NCBI GenBank assembly: GCA_965235115.1
Contig: OZ249436.1
Location: 4,466,001-4,530,000 of the forward strand
Direction of reading: 5' to 3'
Source: Laetmonice hystrix
Lineage: Eukaryota
DNA: 64,000 nt
Below, piece by piece: positions 1 to 13,959 of the stretch. Under the pieces are notes generated by a model. It saw only the letters and a program-made list of their open reading frames with translations. It was not told the origin of the DNA and made no database searches. Positions within the stretch are counted from its first letter, which is position 1, and every line of letters begins with the position of its first letter. Made by a program: the position numbers and the translations under genes.

Positions 1-2982
1 TCACAGCATTTTCCACCCAACCGTTCACGAACGGCCTTGAACAGCGCCTTCTCAACCTTGGTCCGTTCTCGGATGTACTCGCGGGTTGAGAAAATTATTG
101 CTGTGTTCTGAAATGAAGATATGATCTGTAGATCCTCTGTCTGTAGAACGAGAATTATCCTCTTAAAAAGACAATTAATAAGAATAAACCTGTTGGCGCA
201 TATTTAACTAAAGGGAACTTGCATATACACTATAAACCTCCCTATGCTATTCGCAAACTCAGACTCCCGGGGGATAGTTTAACCCGATGCAACATTGCTG
301 ATAGTCCACCTTCATAGCATCCAGCGCGCTCGCGTAGAGGATATTCCTGTAGGCCAGGTCAAAGTTGTTGTGCAGTTCACGGAGTTGATGGGGACGCAGA
401 AAGTACCGAACGTAAACGGTTATTCCAATCTGACCAATGAATAGAAAATAACACTGATACAACTTCAAGACTGCAAAAAAAAATCACGACAATGCCTAAT
501 ACCAGAGATATACTTAGAGATGAAGGACTTGCAGTATTTGGAACATAATTTTGACGTAGGCCAGCTATAATCTTGATCATTATTATAGTAGATTTATGTC
601 TGTCACCTATTGCATAAGGATACCGCGTCCGCTATTTCTTACATGAAATGATAACCGTCTACACCACAAAGAGCTTGCCAGTATTGCTAATGCATGGTGT
701 GCCGTTCTTTTATAAATAAGCTTGTCACACTTGTGGCTTGCCATTCGTAGAGCGTCAAACTTGTGGCTTGCCACTCGCAGAGCGTCAAACTTGTGGCTTG
801 CCACTCGCAGAGTGTCAAGCTTGTGGCATGCCGCTCGTAGAGCGTCAAACTTGTGGCTTGCCACTCGTAGTGTCAAACATGTGGCTTGCCACTCGTAGAG
901 CGTCAAACTTGTGGTTTGCCACGCGTAGAGTGTCAAACTTGTGGTTTGCCACGCGTAGAGTGTCAAACTTGTGGCTTGCCATTCGCAGAGTGTCAAACTT
1001 GTGGCTTGCCACTCGTTGAGCGCAAACTTGTGGCTTGCCACTCGTTGAGCGTCAAACTTGTGGCTTGCCACTCGTAGTGCCAAACTTGTGGTTTGCCACG
1101 CGTAGAGTGTCAAACTTGTGGCTTGCCACTCGCAGAGTGTCAAACTTGTGGCTTGCCACTCGTGGAGTGTCAAAAACTTGTGGCTTGCCACTCGCGGAGT
1201 GTCAAACTTGTGGCTTGCCACTCGCAGAGTGTCAAACTTGTGGCTTGCCACTCGTGGAGTGTCAAACTTGTGGCTTGCCACTCGTGGAATGTCAAACTTG
1301 TGGCTTGCCACTCGTAGAGTGTCAAACTTGTGGCTTGCCACTCGTGGAGTCTTACCTGGAGTCGGTCTTTCGTAGCAATCTTAATTCCCCGGAACTGCTC
1401 ATTGTGCGAGTAGGCCCGGAACAATTTGAATTCCTTGTCAGGACCAATCAGATACCTCCCTGTAAAGTAAACCTTACTCGTGTCCACGGCCCCAGTCGTC
1501 CGGCTACGTATGAAACCCATCTACACAGAATCACATTTAGTCACATTAGTCATTTCTGGCAACTTTCGCCTTCCCTCCAGATGCCGGGAATTATTTTTCC
1601 CCTTCAAAATTCAAAAACTTTATGCGGGAGGCCACTGCATGTTCGCATCGCGCCTTTGGTGCCCGAGTGTATGGAATTCCGGCGACGACATGCGGGATGC
1701 GAGATGCGAGAAGCCAGATGGGACCAGCGAGATGCAACAAGCGACATGCTACCAGCGAGATGCTACCAGCGAGTTGCGAGAAGCGATTTCATTCTTCTAT
1801 CGCAGCGCATGCAAGCTACAGGAGAATGAAATCGCTTCTCACAACTCGCTGAATCTCGCTGGTAGCATGTCGCTTGTTGCATCTCGCTGGTCCCATCTCG
1901 CTTCTCGCTTCTCGCATGTCGTCGCCGGTATATTTTCACGACGGATTGTCCGAAAAAACCCTGAGCCCCCCCCCCTGCCTCTTAAAGCTATGGATATGGA
2001 ATAAAAGTAATAATGTGGTTTTTGTCCTATCATGACCACAATTTTTAGTTTGGGACTGGCTATTGACACTAACACGGAAACGGCCGACCTAAATTAGTTT
2101 GACTAATTCCGACACGAAACTGGGTGTTTGGGTTAGGGTAAAGGTTAGACCTAGGGTTAGTGTTAGTTTAGTCCCAAAATTGTTGTTAAACAGGCGCTAA
2201 TTTGATGTCGGTGTTTATAAGAAACATTCTATTTGCTATTGACACTGCTCGGTCCATGTCGCTTCGCATCTCGCATCTCGCTGGTCCCATGTCGCTTGTT
2301 GCATGTCGCTTCTCGCATCTCGCTGGCCCCATGTCGCTTTTTGTATCTCGCATCCCGCATGTCGTCGCCGGTATTCCATACGAGTGTATGGAATACCGGC
2401 GACGACATGCGAGAAGCGACATGGGACCGAATAGTGTCAATTTAGCACATAGAATGTTTCTTATTGACACCGATATCACGATCCACGTGCCTATTTAACA
2501 ATAGCATAATTTGGGGGCTAAACTTTTCCTAAAGTGAAAACTAACACTAACCCTAGGCATAACCTTTACCCTAACCCAAACACACTGTCTCGCATCTCGC
2601 ATGTCGTCGCCGGTATTCCATACGAGTGCGCCCCCCTTCGCACCCGTATCCGTCCCTGTTTTGCAGGCTATGTACAAACAAATACGTCAGTAGGTGCCCT
2701 TTGAGAAGACCCTGAACCCCACCCTTCAAGAAACCCAGGATCCGCGCCGGTTATCTAACAAATGTAGCCTGTTTTATGAAACATATGGTTAGGACATTCA
2801 GAACCTTAAGGGCGACCCTGTATAGTATATTTAGTAGGCCTACTGCATGGAGGCAAACATTAACGTTATCTTACCTCATGGTATTCCACGCCAGAAAAGC
2901 TGACTCCTAATAGTACACAGCCCACCAGGACCAGAGCACAGCACACCAAAACGATAAATCCCTTGAGACATCCTCGCTTCAT
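1..2982 (-). CDS. SPFH/Band-7 domain membrane protein, paralog A (3' part runs off the window start)
   Basis: Exons read by hand with GT-AG ends: 2982-2875 (MKRGCLKGFIVLVCCALVLVGCVLLGVSFSGVEYHE, N-terminal TM), 1520-1356 (MGFIRSRTTGAVDTSKVYFTGRYLIGPDKEFKLF...ATKDRLQ), 429-310 (IGITVYVRYFLRPHQL...ALDAMK), 107-<1 (NTAIIFSTREYIRERTKVEKALFKAVRERLGGKCC). Exon 2 and 3 sizes (165, 120) and phases match paralogs B-D. Confidence 0.85.
730..1351. repeat. 30-bp minisatellite (~21 copies) abutting the exon 2 donor of gene A
   Basis: Unit gtcaaacttgtggcttgccactcgtagagt; ends at the GTAAG donor (1355-1351). Confidence 0.95.
1660..2625. mobile_element. Nested palindromic/MITE-like repeats
   Basis: ccggcgacgacatgcg...cgcatgtcgtcgccgg inverted pairs (about 1679-1928, 2357-2411, again at 2598-2613), plus a longer imperfect inverted repeat about 2122-2270 vs 2410-2585. 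Confidence 0.6.
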
Positions 2983-4130
2983 CCTCTGAAAGATCAATAG
3001 AAGCCCACTCAAATCAAACAGGATTTTCACAAAAAAATAACCCCTTTCTTAAAGTTACCCTATCATCAATTAAAAGAAATATGGTGCATATTCCAGCACT
3101 GGGCGGCGAGACCCAACAGCGGAAGTGACGTATCTCGACCCTGTGAGCAACACCACAGATTACCATACACAATCTGTGGTAACACCAACACGTTGTCTTC
3201 ATACGGGACATTTAGCAGCAAAATATGTTCATCGAAAAACTTAAACGGATTAGTTTCTGTGATGTCATGAAGTGGATGGTAATAATGTTTATGGTATTTC
3301 TATCAATTTGATGACCAATGAAGAAAACAGAATATCTAGTCGATTGTTTCTGGTTGGATAATATTCTAGAAATCATTGACATCTAGGCCCCTATCTTTGA
3401 CCGGTCATGTCCGGCAAAGAGCATGATGTCGGCAGTAGGGCCTAGGCCTACATGTCGGCAGTAGGCCATGTCACTCGCGACTCCTCTACGCGGAGCTTAA
3501 AACTGCACAAGAAATTCCTCAAAAAGTTATCTTTTACGACATGTCAGCAACACCATTTTAAATTTTCAGGGTTGAATGGTCACAAAAATTGAGTTACAAT
3601 AATTATTGGCCGTCTCATTAATACTGTTCGGCCCGAACGCTATTTACGAGGTGAGGCTCGTAGAGATTGCCCTAAATACGACCATACCGGAAGTACTGCT
3701 TGCATAAGCCTGATGTCATAGCATAGGCACGTAGTGTATACCGGTAGAACCTGAATGCCGTGTATGGCGCGATATCGCTGTCATAAAAATCCCCACACGG
3801 CGATGGCTTCGCCTTAGCGCCAGGGCCCTCGCCGTGTGGCGACGGCCGTCGCCAATCTTGTGCAATGACTCCATTTAGTCTGTTCACGCGATGCCTCGCC
3901 ATAGCGCAAGGGCTGTCGCGGGATGGCGACGTCGATCGCGGAGGGCGACGAGGATCGCCAAAAAACGCGAGAGAACAGAAGAGATAACATCGCGGCAGGA
4001 CAAGATAAAAGGGCAGTTTAAAAACACCAAAGCCAAGGAAGCGAAGGACAAGGCATGGGGACTGATAGTCAGGACGTTTTTGCACTTTTTGCCTTTTTTA
4101 TTTCTTCAGCCTGCCATCACTTGGATAGCA

Positions 4131-5150
4131 TTGTTACAACCGCTAATGTAATAACGCCCACTATTGTAATAACTGGAGTGCTAGGGGGGTACCAGGGAAG
4201 TACCACCAGAGTACCGGACAGGACCAGGGGAGCATTTTTGGGGTACCCTCTGAGTACCCTCTGGGTACCCCCTGGGTACCCAGAGGGTACCAACCGGGGG
4301 GTACCAGGGAAATACTACTGGAGTACCGGACAGGACCAGGTGAGCATTTTGGGGGTACCCCCTGAGTACCATGTGGTACTTCCCTGGTACCCCCCTAGCA
4401 CCCCAGTTATTACAATAGCGGTTGCGTTCGCCAGAATTCGCAACCGCTATTGTAATAAAATTTGTTCAAGGGCTACCGACCAGATCGGTACCTGAGGGTA
4501 CCCAGGGGGTACCCAGATGGTACTCAGGGGGTACCCCCAAAATGCTCACCTGGTCCTGTCCGGTACTCTGGTGGTACTTCCCTGGTACCCCCCTAGCACC
4601 CCAGTTATTACAATAGCGGTTGCGTTCGCCAGAATTCGCAACCGCTAAAACTTTGTTCAAGGGCTACCGACCAGATCGGTACCTGAGGGTACCCAGGGGG
4701 TACCCAGATGGTACTCAGGGGGTACCCCCAAAATGCTCACCTGGTCCTGTCCGGTACTCTGGTGGTACTTCCCTGGTACCCCCCTAGCACCCCAGTTATT
4801 ACAATAGCGGTTGCGTTCGCCAGAATTCGCAACCGCTATTGTAATAAAACTTTGTTCAAGAGCTACCGACCAGATCGGTACCTGAGGGTACCCAGGGTAC
4901 CCAGGGGGTACCCAGATGGTACTCAGGGGATACCCCCAAAATGCTCACCTGGTCCTGTCCGGTACTCCAGTAGTATTTCCCTGGTACCCCCCCCCCGGTT
5001 GGTACCCTCTGGGTACCCAGAGGGTACTCAGAGGGTACCCCAAAAATGCTCCCCCGGTCCTGTCCGGTACTCTGGTGGTACTTCCCTGGTACCCCCCTAG
5101 CACCCCAGTTATTACAATAGTGGGCGTTATTACATTAGCGGTTGTAACAA
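4131..5150. mobile_element. Foldback-type non-autonomous element with >200-bp inverted arms and internal tandem units
   Basis: Begins ttgttacaaccgctaatgtaataacgcccactattgtaataactg and ends with its reverse complement; three internal ~180-200 bp repeats; dense GGTACC palindromes. No TSD seen. Confidence 0.8.
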
Positions 5151-5860
5151 CGGCAGCCGCCAGTCTGAGGCAACAGGCCCAGTGGGTCTGGTTGCGGCCG
5201 GCTGTTTCAGATCACCCAGATGTTGCCACTTTAGGAAGACTGCCATGGAAATGTTGCACGTTTTTTGCCAATTGTGATGTAACTAAAGGATTAAACATAC
5301 AAAATCGAGTTCTCACGTTTGTAGACGTGTATTACAACTATCTTTATAAGTAATGTTGAGATTTAAAGTGCTACAGACATCACATATAGGCACCTTTAGT
5401 GATCTAGATAGATCACTGTGAGTTGTATACGTGTCCGGGATAGGTTTTTCTGATAAATTCTCAGAAAGTAACATTTGGAGAAATATTGACAATTTGAATT
5501 ACGCGCTGCCCGTGATGGAGGGAAGGCGACTGGCTGACAGATGGCCGGGAGAATTGGTCACTTTCATCACGGATTACAGACAGTTCACGTTGTTGTACAA
5601 CAACCGATCCTTTACAGAACAATGACAAATTACAAGTATTATCGGGATCTGGTACAAAATTTCATGTTAATTCTGATGTCTGTACCACTTTAAAGGTGGC
5701 TAAATAATGACACACTGTTTATTTAGTTTATATAAAGTCCACGGGAAAAACGATCTATGTCACATCTTTATCTGCCTGACTATTGATCAAGCTTTGTTAT
5801 AACCCAAGAGAAAAAGGTCAATTCGATTCGAGGCCTTGGCTGTGGGGGTATAATGATTTA

Positions 5861-8274
5861 CAGGGATGAAAGTTTTCAGGAAATTTCCTGAAATCAGGAA
5901 ATTTAAAAATATCTCCGCCCCCCCCCCCCCAAGAAATAACACCCAAAAAAGGAAAGAGGTAGGCCTGCTAAGCCAAGGCTAAGTATTGGCTGGACTGTGT
6001 GGTGGGCAATTTTATTTGTTAATATCAAATGAAACAATATCCCCTTCCAGGACGTTTTTTAACACCATGCAGCTCAATATATCTCTACCTGCTCAAAGTT
6101 CGTTTATAGATGGGGATATTAGAGTGTCTCAAACCCGTTCAGTATCACGGGTGCCGCCGTGCATAGGCCGGTCTGCCGGGGGTGCTGGTGTACCGCCCGC
6201 GGCCCCTGTAGCTGTGGTCACATCGCTCACATAGACCGGCCCGCGTGGGCTGACTTCTACCGGCAAGCGGTGGCGTCTGTCCCGTCTGGCAGGCACGGCC
6301 CCGTGTCGCTGTGGTGAGAGCGACTCGCCTCGATCAGGTAATGGCTTCAGGCAAAACTGATGGTCAGGTAGCTGCAAAGCCCGTTGATTCAGGCTTGCCA
6401 TATGCCATATCCATGCGCGTGTTTTGCCTGAGAGCTCACTTAGTGATAGCAACGAGACCACCCTGACTACTTCCGGCGATACTGCGCTTGCGCGTCGCTT
6501 GCGCTTTGTATGAATGAAGAGAGATGGCGCTGCGGTAACGAGACTATGACAGACCGGTCTGTCTAGTCCCGGTGTTGGTGATAGTGATTAGGCTGACGAA
6601 CTACGCACCATCACAATGTCACTCCTCACAGCAAACTGGGTCAATTTAGTTCTGTGAATCTGCCTAGTATATGTCAGTAAGTTCTCATAATGTGTTCTTG
6701 CATATAAATTTGAGGATAATGGCATTACGTAAGTGGTTTTCACTGAAGTTTTGGGGTTGTCAGGACTTTTCATTACATTTGTTGATCAGTGCAGGTGTCC
6801 TGATAAGACCGGAAGTGACAATATTCACAACAACATGAGTGGCACATGGACACACGGGCTGAACCACTCGACTCAGCGACTGTGTTGCTTGGCTGAGAGC
6901 CGCTGAGGGTCATGACTGCTGAGGGTCAAGACTGATGGACAGCCTGTGTGGTCAGTCTAAAGCCGGTGACACATACCTGCGGTAATCGCAGTAGCGTTTG
7001 ACGCACCCGGTTACCTGATGCGATGAACGGACGGCAAACATGCGGCAGCACATGACACATACAAGCGGCGAAACCAAAACGTCCATTCGTCGCAATAAAT
7101 TTTCTTCACCAAACCCCCGAAATAATTTGTTTCCTGGACTATGAATTCGTTTTGCAGCCCTGTAAAATGATTTGCAGTGGTTCTAGAGGGAATGGGTGTA
7201 ATGTCTGCAAAAAATCAGGTCTGTGGCTATTGGGAGAGCAGTGCAAGGGACACCCTGTCGTGACCCCCTGAAATACTGCATTTACGCCTTTTTGGGATAT
7301 ATGTCGATAATGATATGATAACAAAGTAAATGTGCCTGGTACATGGGTTAACCGGGTTCCTACTGCATGATTCCTATACGGGCCAATATGTCAGTAACAT
7401 ACCATCACACAGTCTAGCTACTGACCGCTCAATTCCGTTTGTAGTGTACTTTTGATTGCCTCCCAGGCATTTTGACACTTTTCTGTGTCATTTTAGATAG
7501 GGGTGTCTCCTGACACCCTCTATCAACTCCCCAACCTGTTGCTTTGTCAGGGTTGTATATTCCCGCGTCATGGTTGGTGTGAGGGCTTCCCCAATTTGAC
7601 GTCATAATATGGAGTTCCCCTTCCGTTTACCGGAGCGTTCTTCGCAAAAATTGGGCAGTGTTGGAAAATTGCGATCAACGGATCCGTTTGATCGCACCCG
7701 ATAATCGTGGCCGGAGGTGTGTGTCATGCTTGGTTGTAAACCATAATGTCCAATCCCATTTGGACGGATGCGATGACTGGACGCGGTGTACGGATGCGGT
7801 AAACGCTTGTATGTGTCACCGGCTTAACACATGGAAGCTGTTTGACAACGTAATCGGGTGCATTTTGGACGCTAAAAGCCGACTGGATTCCAATGTTGGA
7901 GAGAGACGACAGAGCCAGGCAGAGGTTGACAGTGACTGAGTCACAGGCAAGCAACAGCCTTGAACAGGGGCATGGACTGATGAGTGATCGAGTCTATCCA
8001 GCAAATTTGCAGGGGTGGGGGGTTGCGGGTTGGGGTGGTTGGGGGGGGGGGGTGGCGACTAAATACTGAGAACTAGGCCCTATAATATATAATAGCTAGG
8101 AGGCCTTATCGGATCATGATTGTCTGCTGTTCCTAGCCTGACTTTTTTTAAGGGGGGGGGGGGTAAGCCCCTTGGATGTGCGCATGAACAAATATTAATT
8201 ATGGACATTGGCCCCCGCCGCTGCCGCCGGGTCAGGATTTCAGGAAATTTTACAGCTGGCCACTTTCATCCCAG
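5861..8274. mobile_element. Non-autonomous TIR DNA transposon (hAT-like ends, 6-bp TSD)
   Basis: TIR CAGGGATGAAAGT ... ACTTTCATCCCAG, with subterminal tcaggaaattt motifs at both ends; direct repeat gattta at 5855-5860 and 8275-8280. No transposase ORF. Confidence 0.7.
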
Positions 8275-8639
8275 GATTTAGCATCCTTGTTCAAAACGAT
8301 CTATGTCCACGGCGTCCAGAACAAGAACGATCTAAGTCCAATGGGGCAGCATATCAACAGACGAAAACGTTTTAAGTCCATGAAGTCGTTTTTAATTCTC
8401 TTCGTCGTTTTCTAGAAAATCAGTAAAATGTGACATAGATGCTTTCAGAATACGTTGGTGATGCCATTGTATGATCGTCTGCTGTGACCGTTATGATCTC
8501 TTTTAAAATGGCTGTTGGATATCGGTCCATAAGTCATGGTTGGCCAAGGTCGGGTGGCCAAGGTCAGGGTGGCCAAGGTCAGGGTGACCAAGGCCTTTTT
8601 TGATCGTTGTTAATTCATTGTGAATTCATGTTCCGTTAC

Positions 8640-8908
8640 CAGGGGCAGGTTTTTTTGTTTACTTTTCCACCGTGAGCAAGGGTGAGCTGAGCTGAGCAAG
8701 GGTGAGCAGAAGCTCATGCTCACCGTTTTGCTACTGTTTTCGTTCTTTGGGGGGTGTTTTTCCGCGAGCTTGCTCACCATAAGCACGCCTCATGGAAAAA
8801 AGCAACCCCAAAATCACGAAAACGGTGAGAATGAGCTCATGCTCACGCTTGCTCAGCTCAGCTCACCCTTGCTCACGTTGGAAATGTAACCAAAAAAACG
8901 GGCCCTGA
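8640..8908. mobile_element. Palindromic MITE
   Basis: Inverted arms cgtgagcaagggtgagctgagctgagcaag / cttgctcagctcagctcacccttgctcacg, with cagggg...gccctg ends. Confidence 0.7.
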
Positions 8909-9148
8909 TATTGAACAGAAACTCATGCAATGTGAAGCAGTCACTATCAATATAGCCTGTCTATCTTCACTAAATGTTCTGCTGGATGGAAGGGTCATTG
9001 GGAAAGCAGAGAAGGTTGCAAGAAGTGGTATTGCACCTGCATGTTCAGGCGTGGGCCCAGCACTGCATGAACATGCGAGGGGAGGGGGAAGTTATGAGAT
9101 TAGGCCATTCTAAATGGAAAGATGCAATGATATATAAAAAATGCTTTA

Positions 9149-9278
9149 GGAAGGAAAGGAAAGGAAAGGAAAGGAAAGGAAAGGAAAGGAAAGAAAAGGA
9201 AAGGAAAGGAAAGGAAAGGAAAGGAAAGGAAAGGGAAGGGAAGGGAAGGGAAGGGAAGGGAAGGGGAAAGGGAAGGGA
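9149..9278. repeat. (GGAAA)n/(GGGAA)n microsatellite
   Basis: Pure purine pentamer run. Confidence 0.95.
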
Positions 9279-10610
9279 GCTAGCTTCATGCATCATGTGA
9301 CCAAAACACGTCACCTGACCAGACCATCGCGTCTGTTCTCGTGCGCACTGCCAGATTTTAGTCGGCCCGATAATCGTTGACATGTAAGGGAAGAGCCGAT
9401 CGCCGATCCGGTCGGGTCAGCTGTTAAATCGGCCCGACTGCACCGTATACATTGACCGATCCGGTCGGTCAGTCGGCCTGATCTAGTAGTCGGCCGACGC
9501 AATCGGTTCAGTGTGACCCCGGCTAGACCGTACGGGTGGGTGTGAATTCAGTGCAAGCAACACCTAGATCCGCATTCGGGACTCCCCCGGGCATATGACG
9601 TCACTTCCTGCTATTCGAATATACCCTCGGGTGGATTAGCGGCCATGTTTGGCAACCGGATACATGGCCAAATGGAGGTGTGTAGCGAGGCACTGAGTGA
9701 ACCGTCATATCCCATCGAGCCAGGAAGTAGTGCCTAGTCAGTTAATTATTGACACCTGCTCCTTCGGCGTTGTATGTGCAAATATAAATTTGTGGTGCAC
9801 GTTTGAAGAAGAAAAATGAATCACCTAATTTGCCTAAATGGGCGTGATACGGTAATTTATCAAATTATGGGAAGCAATATGGCCGCGCCCATGAACGACA
9901 CATGCACGACACATGGTAGGACTACTTGTATCATGAACATGATACTATCGTAATATTGCCCACTGATTTTGGGGAAAGCACTGGTGGAGGCCTATTTTAG
10001 TTGCTTCCATGCCTGATGCAGGCAAAATACTGCAAGCACTGCCATGCTGGCGAGAGTCCCGGTTAAATGTACCCGCGATGCAATGCTCAAAATGGCGCCT
10101 ATTTCACCCGAGGCTGTCTGTCTGTCTGTCTGTCATGACAATCGTCATAGGCCTACATCAGGAAGTTTAGCGCGCAGGCCGAGCTCAATATACGGCGTAG
10201 ATAGTAGTCAGATAATATGACTACTATGTTATATTATTGGCGTATTATACGCCAATAGTTTCTATTTCTGAAACTCACAACCAATTTCATGTATATCGTC
10301 GGATTACCAAGAACTTAAAGTGGCACCAAAGATTCCTCAGATATGTAAACCCCAGGAAATTTTAGGTTCGATCCATCAGCGAAAGTATAATTATTATTAT
10401 GTGAAACGCGGAATGGGAAACATATGTCTCCGTTGGCTTCCACACCGAGTCGTGGTGCCATACTCTGTGATAGATTACCGCATCCATTTCCACACATAGA
10501 CCTACGCACCCATGTGTATGGAAATATAGGTTTAAAATATATATTAAGTTACAATAGGGCTATCACATTACAGTATATGGGACTACAGGTATTTTTCTGT
10601 ATTTTGTCTG

Positions 10611-11169
10611 TATTTTATACCAAACACTTGTTGAGATAGAAAAGTATTACATGTATTTTATACCAAACACTTGTTGAGATAGAAAAGTATTACATGTATT
10701 TTATACCAAACACTTGTTGAGATAGAAAAGTATTACATTTATTTTATACCAAACACTTGTTGAGATAGAAAAGTATGACATGTATTTTATACCAAACACT
10801 TGTTGAGATAGAAAAGTATTACATGTATTTTATACCAAACACTTGTTGAGATAGAAAAGTATTACATGTATTTTATACCAAACACTTGTTGAGATAGAAA
10901 AGTATTACATGTATTTTATACCAAACACTTGTTGAGATAGAAAAGTATTACATGTATTTTATACCAAACACTTGTTGAGATAGAAAAGTATTACATGTAT
11001 TTTATACCAAACACTTGTTGAGATAGAAAAGTATTACATGTATTTTATACCAAACACTTGTTGAGATAGAAAAGTATTACATGTATTTTATACCAAACAC
11101 TTGTTGAGATAGAAAAGTATTACATGTATTTTATACCAAACTCTTGTTGAGATAGAAAAGTATTACATG
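10611..11169. repeat. 43-bp minisatellite (~13 copies)
   Basis: Unit attttataccaaacacttgttgagatagaaaagtattacatgt. Confidence 0.95.
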
Positions 11170-12024
11170 CCTGATTCAGGTGTCACCAGCAGTCCTCCTA
11201 TAGATGATGGCTCAAGTCAATGGCCGTGGCGTCACGCGTAAAAATATATTATCACTCGGATGTGATTAGGTCCAGTCCCTAGGGTTATGGAAGGGAAGTA
11301 CCTACGCCCGGACTATTCGGCCACTTGTGTGAAGATTATTCCCCCGTATCTAGACACCGGTCAAAGCAGAATACTACTGGTAAAGTTTTGGTGTCCTGTC
11401 GTCTGTCAACGGTACGTAAGCTTCTCCGTCACCAGCGATAGAGGAAGTGAACAAATTGAGGGCATGTTCTCTGATCCATGGAAGGGGAAAGTTTCGAATC
11501 ATCATGCTCTACACTTCACTGACTAAGGGAATAAAAAAGGAAGTTCTACATGTAATACTCGAGTCTATGAAGGCACTTAGCAGGAGACAGAGTTCTAGCA
11601 TCTTTCCAACGGAAACCCTCTGAAATCACACATACGTCTGGCCACACGTCAGTGCTCAAGTAAGTGGCATACCATCAATTCATAAAGACATAACAATATT
11701 TTGAACTATAACGACACGAAAGAGCTTGTAATTTCTCGAATAGGATAAAACGTAATGTCACTGAACCAAACATAGGTGGTTCTGATGATAATGTTACATA
11801 TAGGTCAATCTACTGTGCTGTAGCCGACAGTCATCGTATCGAAGTCACCGTGGCGCGCACTTCCAAAAAGGCTTGTGAAAATATTTCCTATAATGAATAT
11901 AGACCCCTACAGTGCACATTTATTACTTTGGTTGCTACTGCGAGGGGGGTTTCAGGGTGGACTTTGTAAAATATAAAGTAGCCTAAGGTGCAGCTCGGTG
12001 GACCACGAACCTCATTTGTGATTC

Positions 12025-13303
12025 TAGTGAGTGGCCCCTGCCCCTCAGTGGTGGTCGTATCTGTGTTTGTATAAGTATAGGCCCAGTGGGTGGTCCCTGT
12101 CCCTCGGTGGTGGTCGTATCTGTGTTTGTATAAGTATTGTATAAGTATTGGCCCAGTGAGTGGTCCCTGTCCCTCAGTGGTGGTCGTATCTGTGTTGTAT
12201 AAGTATTGGCCCAGTGAGTAGTCTCTGTCCCTCGGTGGTGGTCGTATCTGTGTTTGTATAAGTATTGGCCCAGTGAGTGGTCCCTGCCCCTCAGTGGTGG
12301 TCGTATCTGTGTTTGTATAAGTATTGGCCCAGTGAGTGGTCCCTGTCCCTCAGTGGTGGTCGTATCTGTGTTTGTATAAGTATTGGCCCAGTGAGTGGTC
12401 TCTGTCCCTCAGTGGTGGTCGTATCTGTGTTTGTATAAGTATTGGCCCAGTGGGTGGTCCCTGCCCCTCAGTGGTGGTCGTATCTGTGTTTGTATAAGTA
12501 TTGGCCCAGTGAGTGGTCCCTGCCCCTCAGTGGTGGTCGTATCTGTGTTTGTATAAGTATTGGCCCAGTGAGTGGTCCCTGTCCCTCAGTGGTGGTCGTA
12601 TCTGTGTTTGTATAAGTATTGGCCCAGTGAGTGGTCCCTGTCCCTCAGTGGTGGTCCTATCTGTGTTTGTATAAGTATTGGCCCAGTGAGTGGTCTCTGT
12701 CCCTCAGTGGTGGTCGTATCTGTGTTTGTATAAGTATTGGCCCAGTGGGTGGTCCCTGCCCCTCAGTGGTGGTCGTATCTGTGTTTGTATAAGTATTGGC
12801 CCAGTGAGTGGTCCCTGCCCCTCAGTGGTGGTCGTATCTGTGTTTGTATAAGTATTGGCCCAGTGAGTGGTCCCTGTCCCTCAGTGGTGGTCGTATCTGT
12901 GTTTGTATAAGTATTGGCCCAGTGAGTGGTCCCTGCCCCTCAGTGGTGGTCGTATCTGTGTTTGTATAAGTATTGGCCCAGTGAGTGGTCCCTGTCCCTC
13001 AGTGGTGGTCGTATCTGTGTTTGTATAAGTATTGGCCCAGTGAGTGGTCCCTGCCCCTCAGTGGTGGTCGTATCTGTGTTTGTATAAGTATTGGCCCAGT
13101 GAGTGGTCCCTGTCCCTCAGTGGTGGTCGTATCTGTGTTTGTATAAGTATTGGCCCAGTGAGTGGTCTCTGTCCCTCAGTGGTGGTCGTATCTGTGTTTG
13201 TATAAGTATTGGCCCAGTGAGTGGTCCCTGTCCCTCAGTGGTGGTCGTATCTGTGTTTGTATAACGCCCAGTGAGTGGTCTCTGTCCCTCAGTGGTGGTC
13301 GTA
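12025..13303. repeat. 59-bp minisatellite (~21 copies)
   Basis: Unit cagtgagtggtccctgtccctcagtggtggtcgtatctgtgtttgtataagtattggcc. Confidence 0.95.
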
Positions 13304-13959
13304 CACCTAGTTACCTGGGGGAATCCCCAGTATCTACCAATCCTCTAGCCAAGGTGAGCGCTTTAAAAGCCGGCCGCTCACTGAGGCATGACGTCAGGAC
13401 ACACAGCGCAAACCACAATTCGCTTGGACTCGGAAGATTTTCAAACGCTTGTAAAAGACGGTTTGACCAGTTTTATATTTTTTGTACATAATATCTACAA
13501 AACACATGAAAAGGTAGGGGTCCTTTATCCATATCTGAGAATCGCCATACAAAATCATTACAAAATCAACGTATTTGTTGAAATTTGTGACCATAATGGT
13601 TTAAGAATTAGGTAACTGCAAAGTATAAAAACAATATTTATTTTCTATAGCTCTACAAAATGAGCCCATGCAGATCGAGGACGATTAGTCCCTGAGATGA
13701 CGGAAAATAGGAATGCGTTTTGTCTGGGTCGAAATTACGATGTTCAGAACTGTTCACCAGGAAGTTTTTGATCGTGACCTGTGTACAATAGGCCTACCTA
13801 CAGTGCCGTAGCCTGTCCCAAATACGCGGAGAGGGCGGCAGTGCCTCCTGAGAAAGCTAGTACCAGGTGTCAATAACACTATTAATGTAAGGGATTCCAT
13901 AAAAAAACACACCTGGAAATTCCAGGGGTAGCCCCCCCCCCCGGCTACGGCCCTGGCCT

